A DNA stretch of 64,000 nucleotides from Tubulanus polymorphus (Eukaryota; Animalia; Nemertea), in NCBI RefSeq assembly GCF_964204645.1, contig NC_134032.1, positions 682,001 to 746,000 of the forward strand. The letters are read 5' to 3'. A program made the translations under genes and the position numbers. The first letter of the stretch is position 1; every line of letters starts with the position of its first letter. This document shows positions 27,642 through 40,500 of the stretch, piece after piece. The notes beneath the pieces were generated by a model. It ran no database searches. It was not told the origin of the DNA and saw only the letters and a list, made by a program, of their open reading frames with translations.

Positions 27642-30070
27642 CTAAATCGGGGGAGTTAATACAGTGTTTATATTGTAGAATCTCAGTGAGTTCTGATCAT
27701 CACTGTTATCCCAGTGACGGATAGCTACAGTGTTACTGTTTAACACGTGATGTATGTCACATGTCACACTGTCTGTAGAGTTCAGTATTATACGCGGGTG
27801 ATCTATAAACCCCACATCATTATATCTGATACGGATAACAGCACCTCTGTTAACACGGTAATCAGAGCATACCGATAGCAATACTTGATTATCATTAATA
27901 ACACACGGGAATCCTGCATATGGAACAAATGTCAGTCCGCAATCGTTCATATAAATAAAACTGATCAATTCTGCTTCTGGTTTTAGATACAATAATCTGC
28001 GTGTACGCAAACAGTAGATAAATATACGTCCCCGCGTGTCGAAATCGAAACTGTTGATAGAGTAAAATCCATCCGGGAGCTGATATTTCTTCACTCGGCA
28101 TCTATCAATCAATCTGTTTTCAGGGTTTTCTAATAAACGTAAAACATGAATTTCACTATCTCCTGTCTGTATAAAGATATTGTGATCACGGATTACGAAG
28201 GATCCACAGACTACAGACAGGAGATCAGTGATATTTTCTTCGAAGAGTTTTTCCATATTTTTATATTTTCTCAGGATGTATTCACTGTTTTTCCTCACGA
28301 CCACAAACAGAAACCCGTTACCATCAGCAGCGAGTCCATGTATCCAACCATCAATCTCTATGTATCTCTGTATATTATCATCATTCACACTATATATATA
28401 ACCAGTGGAGTTATGGCTCGCACATATAACACGTGACTGTTCACCCTCGTGTTCACCGGGTATTGACGTCATCAGGTGGGGTCTGAAATCTGTATCTACC
28501 CGTTTATTGACCGTCAATGAATCGATTATTCCTACACGTAGCCGCGTGACGTCATCGATAAATCCCTCCAGTTTATCAATTCTCCCTATGACGTCCTCAG
28601 TAGATCGTTCCGCTCTATCCATTCTCTCTATGACATCATCAACAGATCCCTCCACATTTCCAATTCTCTCTTTGACGTCATCAGTAGATCTTTCCACTTT
28701 ATAATTTCTCCGTATGAAGTCATCATTGATATTAGTCATTTTTGTCTCCAATGCTTTAAGTTGTTGTTCAGTACAGAACCGGTTCAGCCTTTCTTCAAGT
28801 TGTTGTTCAGTACAGCATTGGTTCAGCCTCTCTTCAAGTTGTTGTTCAGTACAGAACCGGTTCAGCCTCTCTTCAAGTTGTTGTTCAGTGCAGAACCGGT
28901 TCTGCCTCTCTTCAAGTTGTTGCTCAGTACAGAACCGGTTCAGCCTCTCTTCAACTGTTTCTATATTGTGTTTCAATTGACAGAATTGATTTTCTAAATT
29001 ATCGTGAAACTGTCTGACATGTTCTATAAAAGAACTATGTCGTTCATCAATGTCTGATCGAACTGTTCGGGTTTCACTGATTGGCACACCTACTGAATTT
29101 ACTTTATACAAATTATGTGCAGATGTCTTGTTTGAAGCGATCACATGAAGCCCCGACACTAATGAATGCGGGGCTTGTTGAAGATGTGTTTTTAAGTTTC
29201 GCGCTGTTTCATCGTCTGAGCATTTAACGATAAACACATGAATCGCTGGACAGTGATTAAACCCGATATGATGATTCGGTATCTCTACACCAGGGGGCGC
29301 TTCTCTCCATTCTAGTTTCACCTGGAATTGAAAAATATAGTTATATTAAGGGTGAAACTTAAGGGGGGGTTGCTGATACAATTTCATCGGAACTTATTGC
29401 AGCTCGAGCGCAGCATGATCGGGGAGGCGGAGGTTTAACCCCCAGAAAGTTTTTAGAATTTTGCTGCTTTTAAAAATGATTTCCTGCAATCTCGGAACAG
29501 TAACGGAACTCGGTTGGCTTCATGCCGTAGTAAATAAGACACAAGATACGATCAGGGTGGAATTTTTCCGGGGGGAGAGGGGTGCACCAACTGCACCTGC
29601 CCCCCCCCCCCCCCCCCACCTACGGTACTGAAATTGTTTGCTGTACGAGACTAGAATTGTTGGATTCTTGATATTCGTATTCTGCGAATCGGGGTCTGGG
29701 TTTGGTATATTATCAACTCTAAATTTTTATTCAACATTCAAGTAAAGAAATCAGACATATTTCTATCGGGTCCGAACGATGTATTGTTTACCTCGTCAAA
29801 CGGCATCATTTGTACATTTATAACTTGTTCCGTATAGATCGATTTCAGTTCACATTTTATGTGGTTCTCTAATTCTTCTGTCCACATCTGTATCGGTAGT
29901 TGTAATTGATCACCAGCAGTAGCGATCAGATCACATTCTAAATCGAACAACGGTTGAAAGTAATAATTCTGTATTGTTCTGTAGTCGTTGTCGTGATCCG
30001 ACCAAACACCGATCTTGCGACCACGATAAGAAACTGCGAGCTCGAATCTGTACGTAGAGTTAGATGCCAT
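27642..30070 (-). CDS. Array gene copy 7 (terminal copy); exons 30070-29792 and 29321-27642 (~652 aa; 5 x 13-aa repeat)
   Basis: ATG of MASNSTY at 30070; conserved splice signals; intact ORFs. Confidence 0.85.
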
Positions 30071-30226
30071 GTTGTCGGTGGGCGGTTTTCTAATTGTAGA
30101 TGCGCATGCGTGATCTTGTGACCTCACGTGCGCGGGCAGATCTCTCACGCGTCTTGCTGTTAAAACCACACGGCACTGATTACACGAAACAGCGATAAGA
30201 GTAGACAAATGTATTTACGAGGACTA

Positions 30227-30885
30227 GGACGGGTGGGAGATCCACTCTTCCAGTCTGAACGGTGTCTCCTGACGGGTGTGAGACCCACTCTTCCAGTCTG
30301 AATGGTATCTCCTGACGGGTGGAAGACCCACTCTTCCAGTCTGAACGGTATCTCCTGACGGGTGGGAGATCCACTCTTCCAGTCTGAACGGTGTCTCCTG
30401 ACGGGTGGGAGACCCACTCTTCCAGTCTGAACGGTGTCTCCTGACGGGTAGGAGACCCACTCTTCCAGTCTGAACGGTGTCTCCTGACGGGTGGGAGACC
30501 CACTCTTCCAGTCTGAACGGTGTCTCCTGACGGGTGGGAGACCCACTCTTCCAGTCTGAACGGTGTCTCCTGACGGGTGGGAGATCCACTCTTCCAGTCT
30601 GAACGGTGTCTCCTGACGGGTGGGAGACCCACTCTTCCAGTCTGAACGGTGTCTCCTGACGGGTGGGAGACCCACTCTTCCAGTCTGAACGGTGTCTCCT
30701 GACGGGTGGGAGACCCACTCTTCCAGTCTGAACGGTGTCTCCTGACCGGTGGGAGACCAACTCTTCCAGTCTGAACGGTGTCTCCTGACGGGTGGGAGAC
30801 CCACTCTTCCAGTCTGAACGGTGTCTCCTGACGGGTGGGAGACCCACTCTTCCAGTCTGAACGGTGTCTCCTGACGGGTGGGAGA
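30227..30885. repeat. 43-bp minisatellite, ~15 copies, upstream of array copy 7
   Basis: Unit ccactcttccagtctgaacggtgtctcctgacgggtgggagac repeated head-to-tail with no spacers. Confidence 0.95.
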
Positions 30886-32004
30886 TGACGGATTCTTTCT
30901 CACTCCGTTTTTTAGTTCATGCTTTCAAAAAGTTACTTTTGAGACAATATCGCTGGTTAAGAGAAGCTCAATTTTACCGTTTAAAATCACCGCGGGATGG
31001 AAGATTGTTTACATGAGACAGAACAGAAATCTACAACGAGTCTGTGAGATAATAACTAAGATAATGAGGGTTTTGTTTTGTTCTGTTGTCGGTTTAGTGA
31101 GCAAACATTGATATTCATGGATGGATCCAGGGCATATAAATTCTTGTAAAGCACACGTGACTTAGGTATATGATAGTAATTGCTGACATGAGAAATTTGA
31201 AAGTCGATTAAAGGCAGCGGGATCACAAACACTGACCAATCAGCTTCAAATCGGATTAACGAGGGATTACTGCAGTTGATTGTTCATCAGGGTAACATTG
31301 AAGCTTGACTGCCTTGAAACTTCGCCGCGGCCACACACGTCTAAAACACGGTCCCGGCCGCGGCCGCACACGTCTTAAACACGGCCGCGGCCGCTCTTTT
31401 ATTCATTTAAATGGTCAAATGAAAGAAAAAAGAGATTTTCTACTATCTATCAAAAGTCCAAATCTAGACTATTTCAACTTTGAACGGTTAAGCTTCGATC
31501 GACTCTGTCATTTTGGCCCAAACTGGATGCCTATCTATCCTTTTGCTTTGCGAGGAGCTATAATTAAATTTTGATAAAATAATACATTTAGTTAGCATGA
31601 GTTTTTTATGTATTGCTATAATATCATTGGGAAGGCAGGAATCAGGGCCCCGAAACCACCCCCTAAATCTGCCCCTGGAAAAAAGGTTTCATGGAGAATC
31701 AGATGACAATAGAAAAGAGGCTATATATTGACATAACATGCTAAACCTAAGATCCATAAACTTAAGATCCCTAAATAGGGCCTATATAGTTATTTTATCA
31801 TACTTGAATGAACCCTTAATATTACGTTTGCCAGACTGGCGGAGATGTTTTGACATCGACAGGAGCAGACAGCAGACATTGGACAGGAGCAAAAGATGCA
31901 AAAAAAAAAATAAAAAATCACTTTCGTAACAAGAGTAGAGAATTTTATTCGCAAAGATATGTCTGTTGTTTTTTTTTTTTGAAAATACAATATATCATAT
32001 CATG

Positions 32005-32010
<6 letters not shown>

Positions 32011-32044
<34 letters not shown>

Positions 32045-32092
32045 GTAATGCTAATAATAATAATAATAATAAAAATAATAATAATAATAATA
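32011..32092. repeat. (AAT)n microsatellite (another at 38093-38150)
   Basis: Direct reading. Confidence 0.9.
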
Positions 32093-33879
32093 ACATGCAA
32101 TATTTTAGAGAAACTTATAATTTTATTAATGAAATATAGATCGATCTTAATAAATAGTTATGGTTTTGATATATATATATTTATTTATTTTTAGAAGGAA
32201 ATCAGCACCACCAGAAATTAATACCATTAGAAATTTTAATATTTAATTAAGAAATCGATTAACATTTAATCACAATTCAACTTCTATTAGTTTTCAAAGT
32301 CACCGTTTCAGGTTATGTATAATTAGTAAGACAATAAATCTTCTATCGGCCCCAGCATCCATAGCTAGCGTTGTACCCGTGAAGTATAAAAGATGATCCA
32401 GTTTTTTTCAGAAAAAAAAAAATAAAAATCATATTTACAAGCAAAATACGGATGGACCTAATTAACTGTTAGCAAGGTAAACAAAAAAAAAATTATCATG
32501 AATTAAACAAGATGCAAATCAGCCGTTTTGGAACAAAATCGAATATTTCGATATCAACGATGATATAAATTTATTTTCGAACGGGTCCGGCGATTCAGTT
32601 TTTGACCGGGTCGCATCTAGGAAAATTGACAAGCGGGGTCGAAAATAACGGGAAGGGCCTCGCTCGCATAGAGCAGTAGCCTGCAATGAGGAAACTACCT
32701 CGATGTTAGATATTCGTGAAAAAAAAAAAAAAAAAACATCTGAAAAAAATGCAACTTTCCACCACACGGGATCAGTGTGAAATCTATTGCAGGGACTGTA
32801 GTTGCTCTGAGGTTATTCTGTAGTTGTATAAACATGATGTGTGCCATTGTTTGAGGAAGGCACACGGCACACGGCACAAGAATCGAAATGCGGCAACTCC
32901 GCAAATATACCTGGTATCAACACAACGTGTGCCTTCCTCTGACTGAAAGAAGGCACACGACGTACACGAAGTCGAGATACAGCATCTTCGCAATATACCT
33001 TGTACAAACACGACGTGTGCTTCGCGCAGACTAAAGCCTATGGCGCGCACGACGCGGCTGTTCGCGTGCTACTCCTGAATAGCGAAAGGCAGGAGTATCC
33101 CTCGAAGAGCAGATCGAAAAAATAAAACAACAGTACATTTCAAAAATCACGCATTAACAATGATAAAACTCTTTAGGTTGACTTAAGCTTCCTGGTGCGA
33201 TACCGGGGAGAAGACATGTTTTTGGTTGTTTTTTAGTCGGAACACAAATAACTCGAGTTAGATATAAAATTAAACATTTTCCTATATACATATATATATA
33301 TAATATCACCTTTCTCAAATATTACAACCGGGACAAAATGGCCGCCTCTGCATTCACCCTATGACATCATTTATACTTTCCTCGGTAAAGCGATTAATTC
33401 GATAGCTTCAACGCATGATCAGTAATTGACATCATAGGGGGCGTTTTGCGGAATCGGCAATCATTTCTAATAATGGGAGCGACCCGTAGACCTAGTTGCC
33501 AGCCCAGCCCAAAGCCATTACAACAATCAATAAAAATGAACGGTCTTAAAAAAATTGATACCTTGTTTCTCGTTTCTGCTGAGCTTAAAAACCGACCCGG
33601 CCGGTCGCCTATCTACCCTGTACATAACTTTAAAAAAAATCAAGCTGACAATAACAGTTATAGAAATGAACGGATTATCCAATTACCCGGCCGATTTGGA
33701 GAAACAAGGTATCAGTTTATCATTTTTCAGCCTAACACTAGTACTCAACTTTTTATTATTACGTTAAGGAATTGCAATGCAGCTACGACCAACAAAAAGT
33801 TCAAAAGGCGTAGATATTGATTGAACTTAAGACTTTGTTTTTCCCGAAATAATCGTGACTTCGGCTGACTTTAAGATGC

Positions 33880-34470
33880 AGGGTCCCTACGGATCGGTCA
33901 TTCCTGGATATAAGGAGTTTCCAAGGAGTTTTAAAGGAGAAAATTTCTTCACTTTCATATCCTAATTACAATAGACTCCTCCTAAATCGGAATTGTTTAT
34001 CTTAGTAAACCATTAATTCAGTGGTTTTGTAAGCAAATTTCTATCCTATATACTTACTAAAGCCAGTTTCAACCAATTTAGGCTTAGTCTCTGTACAACT
34101 GCGAACTAGCTGATTGAGTCATAATTGACTGGACAGCTTCAAACTCTACAAACATCTCTAATTGCCATTTCTCAAAATTGAAAGCGTCTTTTAACAGGGT
34201 CTGATCTAAGCACTTGTCCGATTGTCCGGGACAAGTATATTCTCATCAGGGCAAGTAGGTTATCATTATCACTTGTCCCCCGGGCTAGTGCAATTTTATG
34301 TCTCAAATTTCAGATATGCTTGCCCCCCGGCAAGTGACTTTCATTCCTTAGATCGGACCCTGTTTAAGGAGTTTCGGACATTTTGCCCTAATTTCGGAGC
34401 GATTTCAAGCAGCATTTTCAGTTTAGAAGGTTTTTTTTAAAGAATCAAGTCAAGGAGTTGTAGGGACCGT
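33880..34470. mobile_element. Dispersed TIR-type repeat (cagggtccctac...gtagggaccgtg) with a second MITE nested at 34195-34362
   Basis: The outer element recurs at ~50582-51030 and ~54086-54660. The inner element has TIRs CAGGGTCTGATCTAAG/CTTAGATCGGACCCTG and recurs at 57618-57872. Confidence 0.65.
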
Positions 34471-34508
34471 GTTTTTAGAGCGAAACGTTTACAATCGGTC
34501 ATAATCGA

Positions 34509-37500
34509 TCAGACGACTGCGGAACCGCTACCAGCGCGGCTGATATTCATATTGCTGACGTATGTCCACGTGTCGCGAGTCGGGTCGTAAACCTCGGCCG
34601 TACGCAGCCGGTTGAATCCGTCGAAACCGCCCATGATGTAGACTTTACCGTCGAAGACGGCGGCGGCCGGCCACGCTCGCGGTGTGTTCATCGCGGCCAT
34701 CGTATCCCACTTCTCCGTTAACGTGTTGTATCTGAAGTAGGAAATAATGACGCAATTCAGAAATCGATTATTTATCGGAACTAGGAGTCAATATTCAACG
34801 CCCCCTGGTGACTCTGATGTATTAAAGACCCCTTTCCAAAGAATACCCCTAATACTAAGTTATTCTACTATTCAACGCCCCCTGGTGACCATATAGAATA
34901 ACTAATGTCCTTAAAACTCACCATAATCATAGATGATGTTATGAGCTTTCCAATTGATTGTGATAACACAATATGCTTAGGTATCAATATAATGTGGAAA
35001 AACTTTTTCCAACCTACGAATGAGTACTGCTGACACCAAGATGGCCGCCAATTGTGTCATAATTGGCTGATCAAAAATACCTGGTATAAAACATCCCTTT
35101 CCAAAGAATACCCATCACAAATTGTAATGAGAAATGGCAAACCAGTAGAAAGCTACAGGACTCAGAATTAGGGCCAAAATTGACATTTTTGGGCACTAAA
35201 GAGGTCATAGGACGGCCATCTTGAGTCCAATCGACTCAATTTTTCTTAAGGTGATGGGCCCTTGGGGAATTCACATATATCTTAAAAATCAAGGTATTTG
35301 ATCAAAGCGTCTTCAAAATTTCCCTCGAAAACTTGAAAAATGTGTAAAAAGTGCTGATTTAGGCGAACAACAATGGCTGCCAGTCGGCCATCTTGAATCT
35401 GAACGAGCCAGATTTCGGGCTGAAGATGCGTCTAGGGTAGATACATCTATAAACCAAATAAAGCCTGCTGGGACTCAAGAAAAAACAAATGACGATAGAA
35501 TCTGTTAAGAAAGGCTTCGGTTAATCTCGCCGTACTCTGACTCAATTGGGACCCGCCCGAAAAAGGCCAGTTTTCATTCAGCCAAAATCTTCATCCTTCG
35601 TACATACCGTTCGACAAGGTCTGAATATCTGTCGGTGTGTCGAAACCGTCCTCCGATCGCGAATATGAAATATTCGATCGCGACTAGCACGAGACCCGAG
35701 CGAGCTTTCGACATTTCAGCGGTGAACGTCCATTCCTGATGTTCGGGGTCGTAACATTCGACGCTCGCGCGGTCCGTATGAAACGTTTTATCGTAACCAC
35801 CTGAAAAAACAAATCAATAAATCTACAATTCGTCGATCTAAAAGTCTAAGCCCGAAACGGTTACGTTTGAATTGTTGTCCTTATTGAGAACATGGAGTCC
35901 TAACCGATAGCAATTACGCCAAAAATTTTAGTTAAACTTTTTCGTGAAACTGGGCACTAAATTTCACCAGAGATATTACTAATTGAAAATGAACTACTAA
36001 CACCGGACATTAGACATTTTATCAGCACACTTTCAAAAACTGATCGTCCACACTTCACATGTGTTCAGTGCTTCACCTGAGACATTTCTAATTGAAAATG
36101 AACTACAAACACCAGATATTAGACATTTTACCAGCACACTTTCATAAACTGATCGTCCACACTTCACATGTGTTCAGTGCTTCACTTGAGACATTTTCAA
36201 TTGAAAATGAACTACAAACACCAGATATTAGACATTTTATCAGCACACTTTCAAAAACTGATCGTCCACACTTCACATGTGTTCAGTGCTTCACCTGAGA
36301 CATTTTTAATTGAAAATGAACTACAAACACCAGATATTAGACATTTTATCAGCACACTTTCAAAAACTGATCGTCCACACTTCACATGTGTTCAGTGCTT
36401 CACCTGAGACATTTTCAATTGAAAATGAACTACAAACACCAGATATTAGACATTTTATCAGCACACTTTCAAAAACTGATCGTCCACACTTCACATGTGT
36501 TCAGTGCTTCACCTGAGACATTTTTAATTGAAAATGAACTACAAACACCGGACATTAGACATTTTATCAGCACACTTTCAAAAACTGATCGTCCACACTT
36601 CACATGTGTTCAGTGCTTCACCTGAGACATTATTAATTGAAAATGAACTACAAACACCAGACATTAGACATTTTATCAGCACACTTTCAAAAACTGATCG
36701 TCCACACTTCACATGTGTTCAGTGCTTCACCTGAGACATTATTAATTGAAAATGAACTACAAACACCAGACATTAGACATTTTATCAGCACACTTTCAAA
36801 AACTGATCGTCCACACTTCACATGTGTTCAGTGCTTCACCAGAGATATTTCTAATTGAAAATGAACTACAAACACCAGACATTAGACATTTTATCAGCAC
36901 ACTTTCAAAAACTGATCGTCCACACTTCACATGTGTTCAGTGCTTCACCTGAGACATTATTAATTGAAAATGAACTACAAACACCAGACATTAGACATTT
37001 TATCAGCACACTTTCAAAAACTGATCGTCCACACTTCACATGTGTTCAGTGCTTCACCTGAGACATTATTAATTGAAAATGAACTACAAACACCAGACAT
37101 TAGACATTTTATCAGCACACTTTCAAAAACTGATCGTCCACACTTCACATGTGTTCAGTGCTTCACCTGAGACATTTCTAATTGAAAATGAACTACAAAC
37201 ACCAGACATTGTTATATTCATAATACACAGTTAGATATACACGTATAAGCTAACTTACCAGCAACGTAAAGCCGACCTTCACAGACGGCTGCTCCGGCTC
37301 CCGCGCGCTTCTTCTTCATACTCGACACGTAGCACCAGGAATCCGTTTGAGGACAATAACGTTCTACTAAATCAAAACTACAATTACGATTCTCACCTCC
37401 TAAAAAAAAACAAAATCAAACAGTTAGTGCTCGGATACCAAATTAAACCCACACAACTGTGGAACTGGATCCGGAGTCAAATTAAACCCACACAACTGTG

Positions 37501-40500
37501 AAACTGGATTCAGAGTCAAATTAAACCCACATAACTTTGGAACTGGATCCAGAGTCAAATTAAACCTACACAACTGTGGAACTGGATTCTAAGTCAAATT
37601 AAACCCACACAACTGTGGAACTGGATCCTAAGTCAAATTAACCTCACACAACTGTGGAACTGGGTTCGGAGTCAAATTAAACCCACTCAACTGTGGAACT
37701 GGGTTCAGAGTCAAATTAAACCCACACAACTGTGGAACTCTAAATAAGCACACAAGAATGTGTAACTATCATCCACAGTGAAATAGACGAGATGAAATGG
37801 ATAATTGTAAGCTGATTGATATATATTAACCTATGGCGTATAGATATCCACCGAATGCGACTGTCGCGATGAAAGACCGCGGCATTTTCATATCGCACTT
37901 GTTCGTCCAATCTTTCAGTATCGGGTCGTAGCACTCGACGTTGTGCAGATAAAGCGTGTCTTCGTTCTCGCCGGGCACGGCGCGTTCCCCGCCGATCGTG
38001 TACATCAGCCCGCGCAGCGTCGCGGCCCCGACCGCCGTACGAGGGTGCTTCATACTACCCTGAAATATATACATCACTCGACGTTACTTATCAATAATAA
38101 TAATAATAATATTAATAATAATAATAATAATGATAATAATAATAATAATAAGGCTAAAAATAATTGATACCTTGTTTCTCCGCTCTGCTGAGCTTAAATG
38201 TTGACCCGGCCGGCCGCCTATCTACCCTATACATTACTTTTTTTAAAATCGTGATCAATTTCACCATAACAGACCCGGCCGCTATAGAAATGAACTGTTT
38301 ATAAATTTTATAATGATTTTACAAAAATGACCCGGCCGCTGCGGAGAAACAAGGTATCATTTTTGTTTAGCCTATTAATGTCTCTTTATTTTGTACAAAA
38401 ACAAACTACTGGATTCAAAGTTACGTGAGGGCTACACGACTTAGCAGATGCAGTAATGGTTGATTAGGTCTTTTGTCTCATTTTACGAATATATCCAATT
38501 AATGAGAGCTGGATATCCGGAACAATGGTTTGGAATAGACCGTAGAAAAATTCGTCAATTTCCCTTCCCTTCGATTTCCAGGATTTCTTTTCTTTTAGAT
38601 TCCCAGAATTTTCCGAAACTCTGTTTCCCTGGATTTCTTTTCTTTTAGATTCCCAGAATTTTCCGAAACTCTATTTTCCTGGATTTCTTTTTTTAGATTC
38701 CCAGAATTTTCCGAAACTCTGTTTTGCTCGATTTCTTTTTTTAGATTCCCAGAATTTTCCGAAACTCTGTTTCCCTGGATTTCTTTTCTTTTAGATTCCC
38801 AGAATTTTCCAAAACTCTGTTTTCCTGGATTTCTTTTTTTAGATTCTCAGAATTTTCCGAAACTCTGTTTTCCTGGATTTCTTTTTTTAGATTCCCAGAA
38901 TTTTCCGAAACTCTGTTTTGCTCGATTTCTTTTTTTAGATTCCGAGAATTTTCCGAAACTCTGTTTTGCTCGATTTCTTTTTTTAGACTCCCAGAATTTT
39001 CCGAAACTCTGTTTCCCTGGATTTCTTTTCTTTTAGATTATCAGAATTTTTCAAAACTCTGTTTCCCTGGATTTATTTTTCTTAGATTCCCAGAATTTTC
39101 CGAAACTGTAGCCGGCGATTTGTGAAATAATAAACAAACCATCGGTATCCACTGGTCGCGGACTACGTCGTAACGCTCCATGCTGCTCAACTGACTAGCG
39201 ACACTAGTCCGTCCGCCGACCACGAATATGCACTGCGGCTGCGCGCGCGGGCGGATCGTCGCCAACGCGTTGTTGTCCGTTTTGACGCGCATCGCCATGG
39301 CGATCACGTTCTGGCACTTCGAACACGCGCGAACGAAGTCGGCGCGAACGACCCGCTCTTCAAGGTAGTCCCTGTCGAGGTGCGCGAGTTTCACGTGCGG
39401 CAGAACGCGGCAGACGTTCGGCGCGCGGCGCAACGGGTCCCAATCGATCCACGACATCGCCGCCTCGAATATCTGCTCCTCGCGCTCGACCTGGATCGAC
39501 TCGCTCTTCAGCAACTCGACGAGCCGCGACTCGGGCAGCTGAAAGAACTCGTCGGAACGCACGACGTCGGCGAAGTGACGTTCGACGTAGTGTCGGGCAG
39601 CAGTTTCTAGTTCGACGCACGAGTAAACATCGGCGAACGATTGAATACCTGGAAATAACGACGACGGAATTAAGAATAATAATAGATTAAAGAATAACGA
39701 TAGATAAAGAATAATAATAATGAAGATCAGACAAGCTGAAATGTTTAATCGCAATAATTTTCACCAAAAATTAGAGTATTTTGACATTAAATATAGTAGT
39801 TCAATCGAAAAGGAACGAGAAGTTTCTGATTCAATGTTTTGATATCTTTGGTTGAATAGTTTGAGCTCTTGTAATGAGTTGAAACTATTGCGGAATAGTA
39901 GAGATTTACCCAGCTATTCTATGCACAAGGCGCGAAAGCTGGTAATTTCTAATGAAATCAGACCTGTTTACTTATTTACCCGAGCAAAAAGTTTAGGAAC
40001 TGCTAGGTTCAGTTTCACGCAAAAATTTAACTAAATTTTGTGATTTTTATTGCTTATTGTTTACTTCATGTTTTCGATGACACTTAAACGTTTAGTGAAA
40101 CAGGAACCAGGGCCCAGTTTCACAAAAACAATTGAGGCCTAAAACAATTTAAGATAAACTGAATTAACTAAGAAATTAAGAGTTAAACCTTTTCGCAAAA
40201 CTGGGCCCTGGGTCCAGTTTCACAAAAATGATTAAGGCCTAAATCGATTTAAGATAAACTGAATTAATGAAGAAATTAAATCGATTTTAGAGTTAAACCT
40301 TTTCGTGAAACTGGGCCCTGGGCTCCGGTGGGAGTTTAGGTGCTGATCTAGAGGTCGGTCTCGGGGCCCGGCACCTCGACCTTCCTATTGAGGCTGCCTA
40401 TTCTTCGTCAAGATAGAGATCATTGAACTAAAACCTGCTGTAAATTTGACAATTTCCTCAATAATATCTAAAACCGATGACCGAACTGTGAGGCTTTTGA

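Larger units (their letters stand above)
1..30200. repeat. Tandem gene array of ~4.35 kb units (7 gene copies visible; left end outside window)
   Basis: The anchor gattataacttatccatg recurs at 1, 4324, 8642, 13076, 17458, 21838 and 26201 (periods 4318-4434 bp). Spacer and intron sequences are near-identical between units. Homology decays just upstream of the last ATG (~30070-30200). Confidence 0.97.

Noticed and set aside
1359-29321. Diversity-generating retroelement (NNC/NNT codon variation resembles adenine mutagenesis of AAC/AAT)
   Set aside because: No reverse transcriptase or invariant template repeat is in the window. Variation includes indels and third-position changes, and fixed third positions are equally explained by positive selection.
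1-30200. Array as an assembly artefact
   Set aside because: Each unit has private substitutions, indels and repeat counts, with changes concentrated in coding loops. Read-level confirmation is still advisable.
30227-30885. CRISPR-like array, or the 150-247 aa repeat ORFs on the minus strand
   Set aside because: Repeats are contiguous with no unique spacers, there are no cas genes and the context is eukaryotic. The ORFs are open in all three frames simply because the 43-bp unit lacks stops on that strand.
36092-37170. Repeated 68-79 aa ORFs (MKMNYKHQ...)
   Set aside because: These are translations of the 109-bp satellite inside a Kelch-gene intron.
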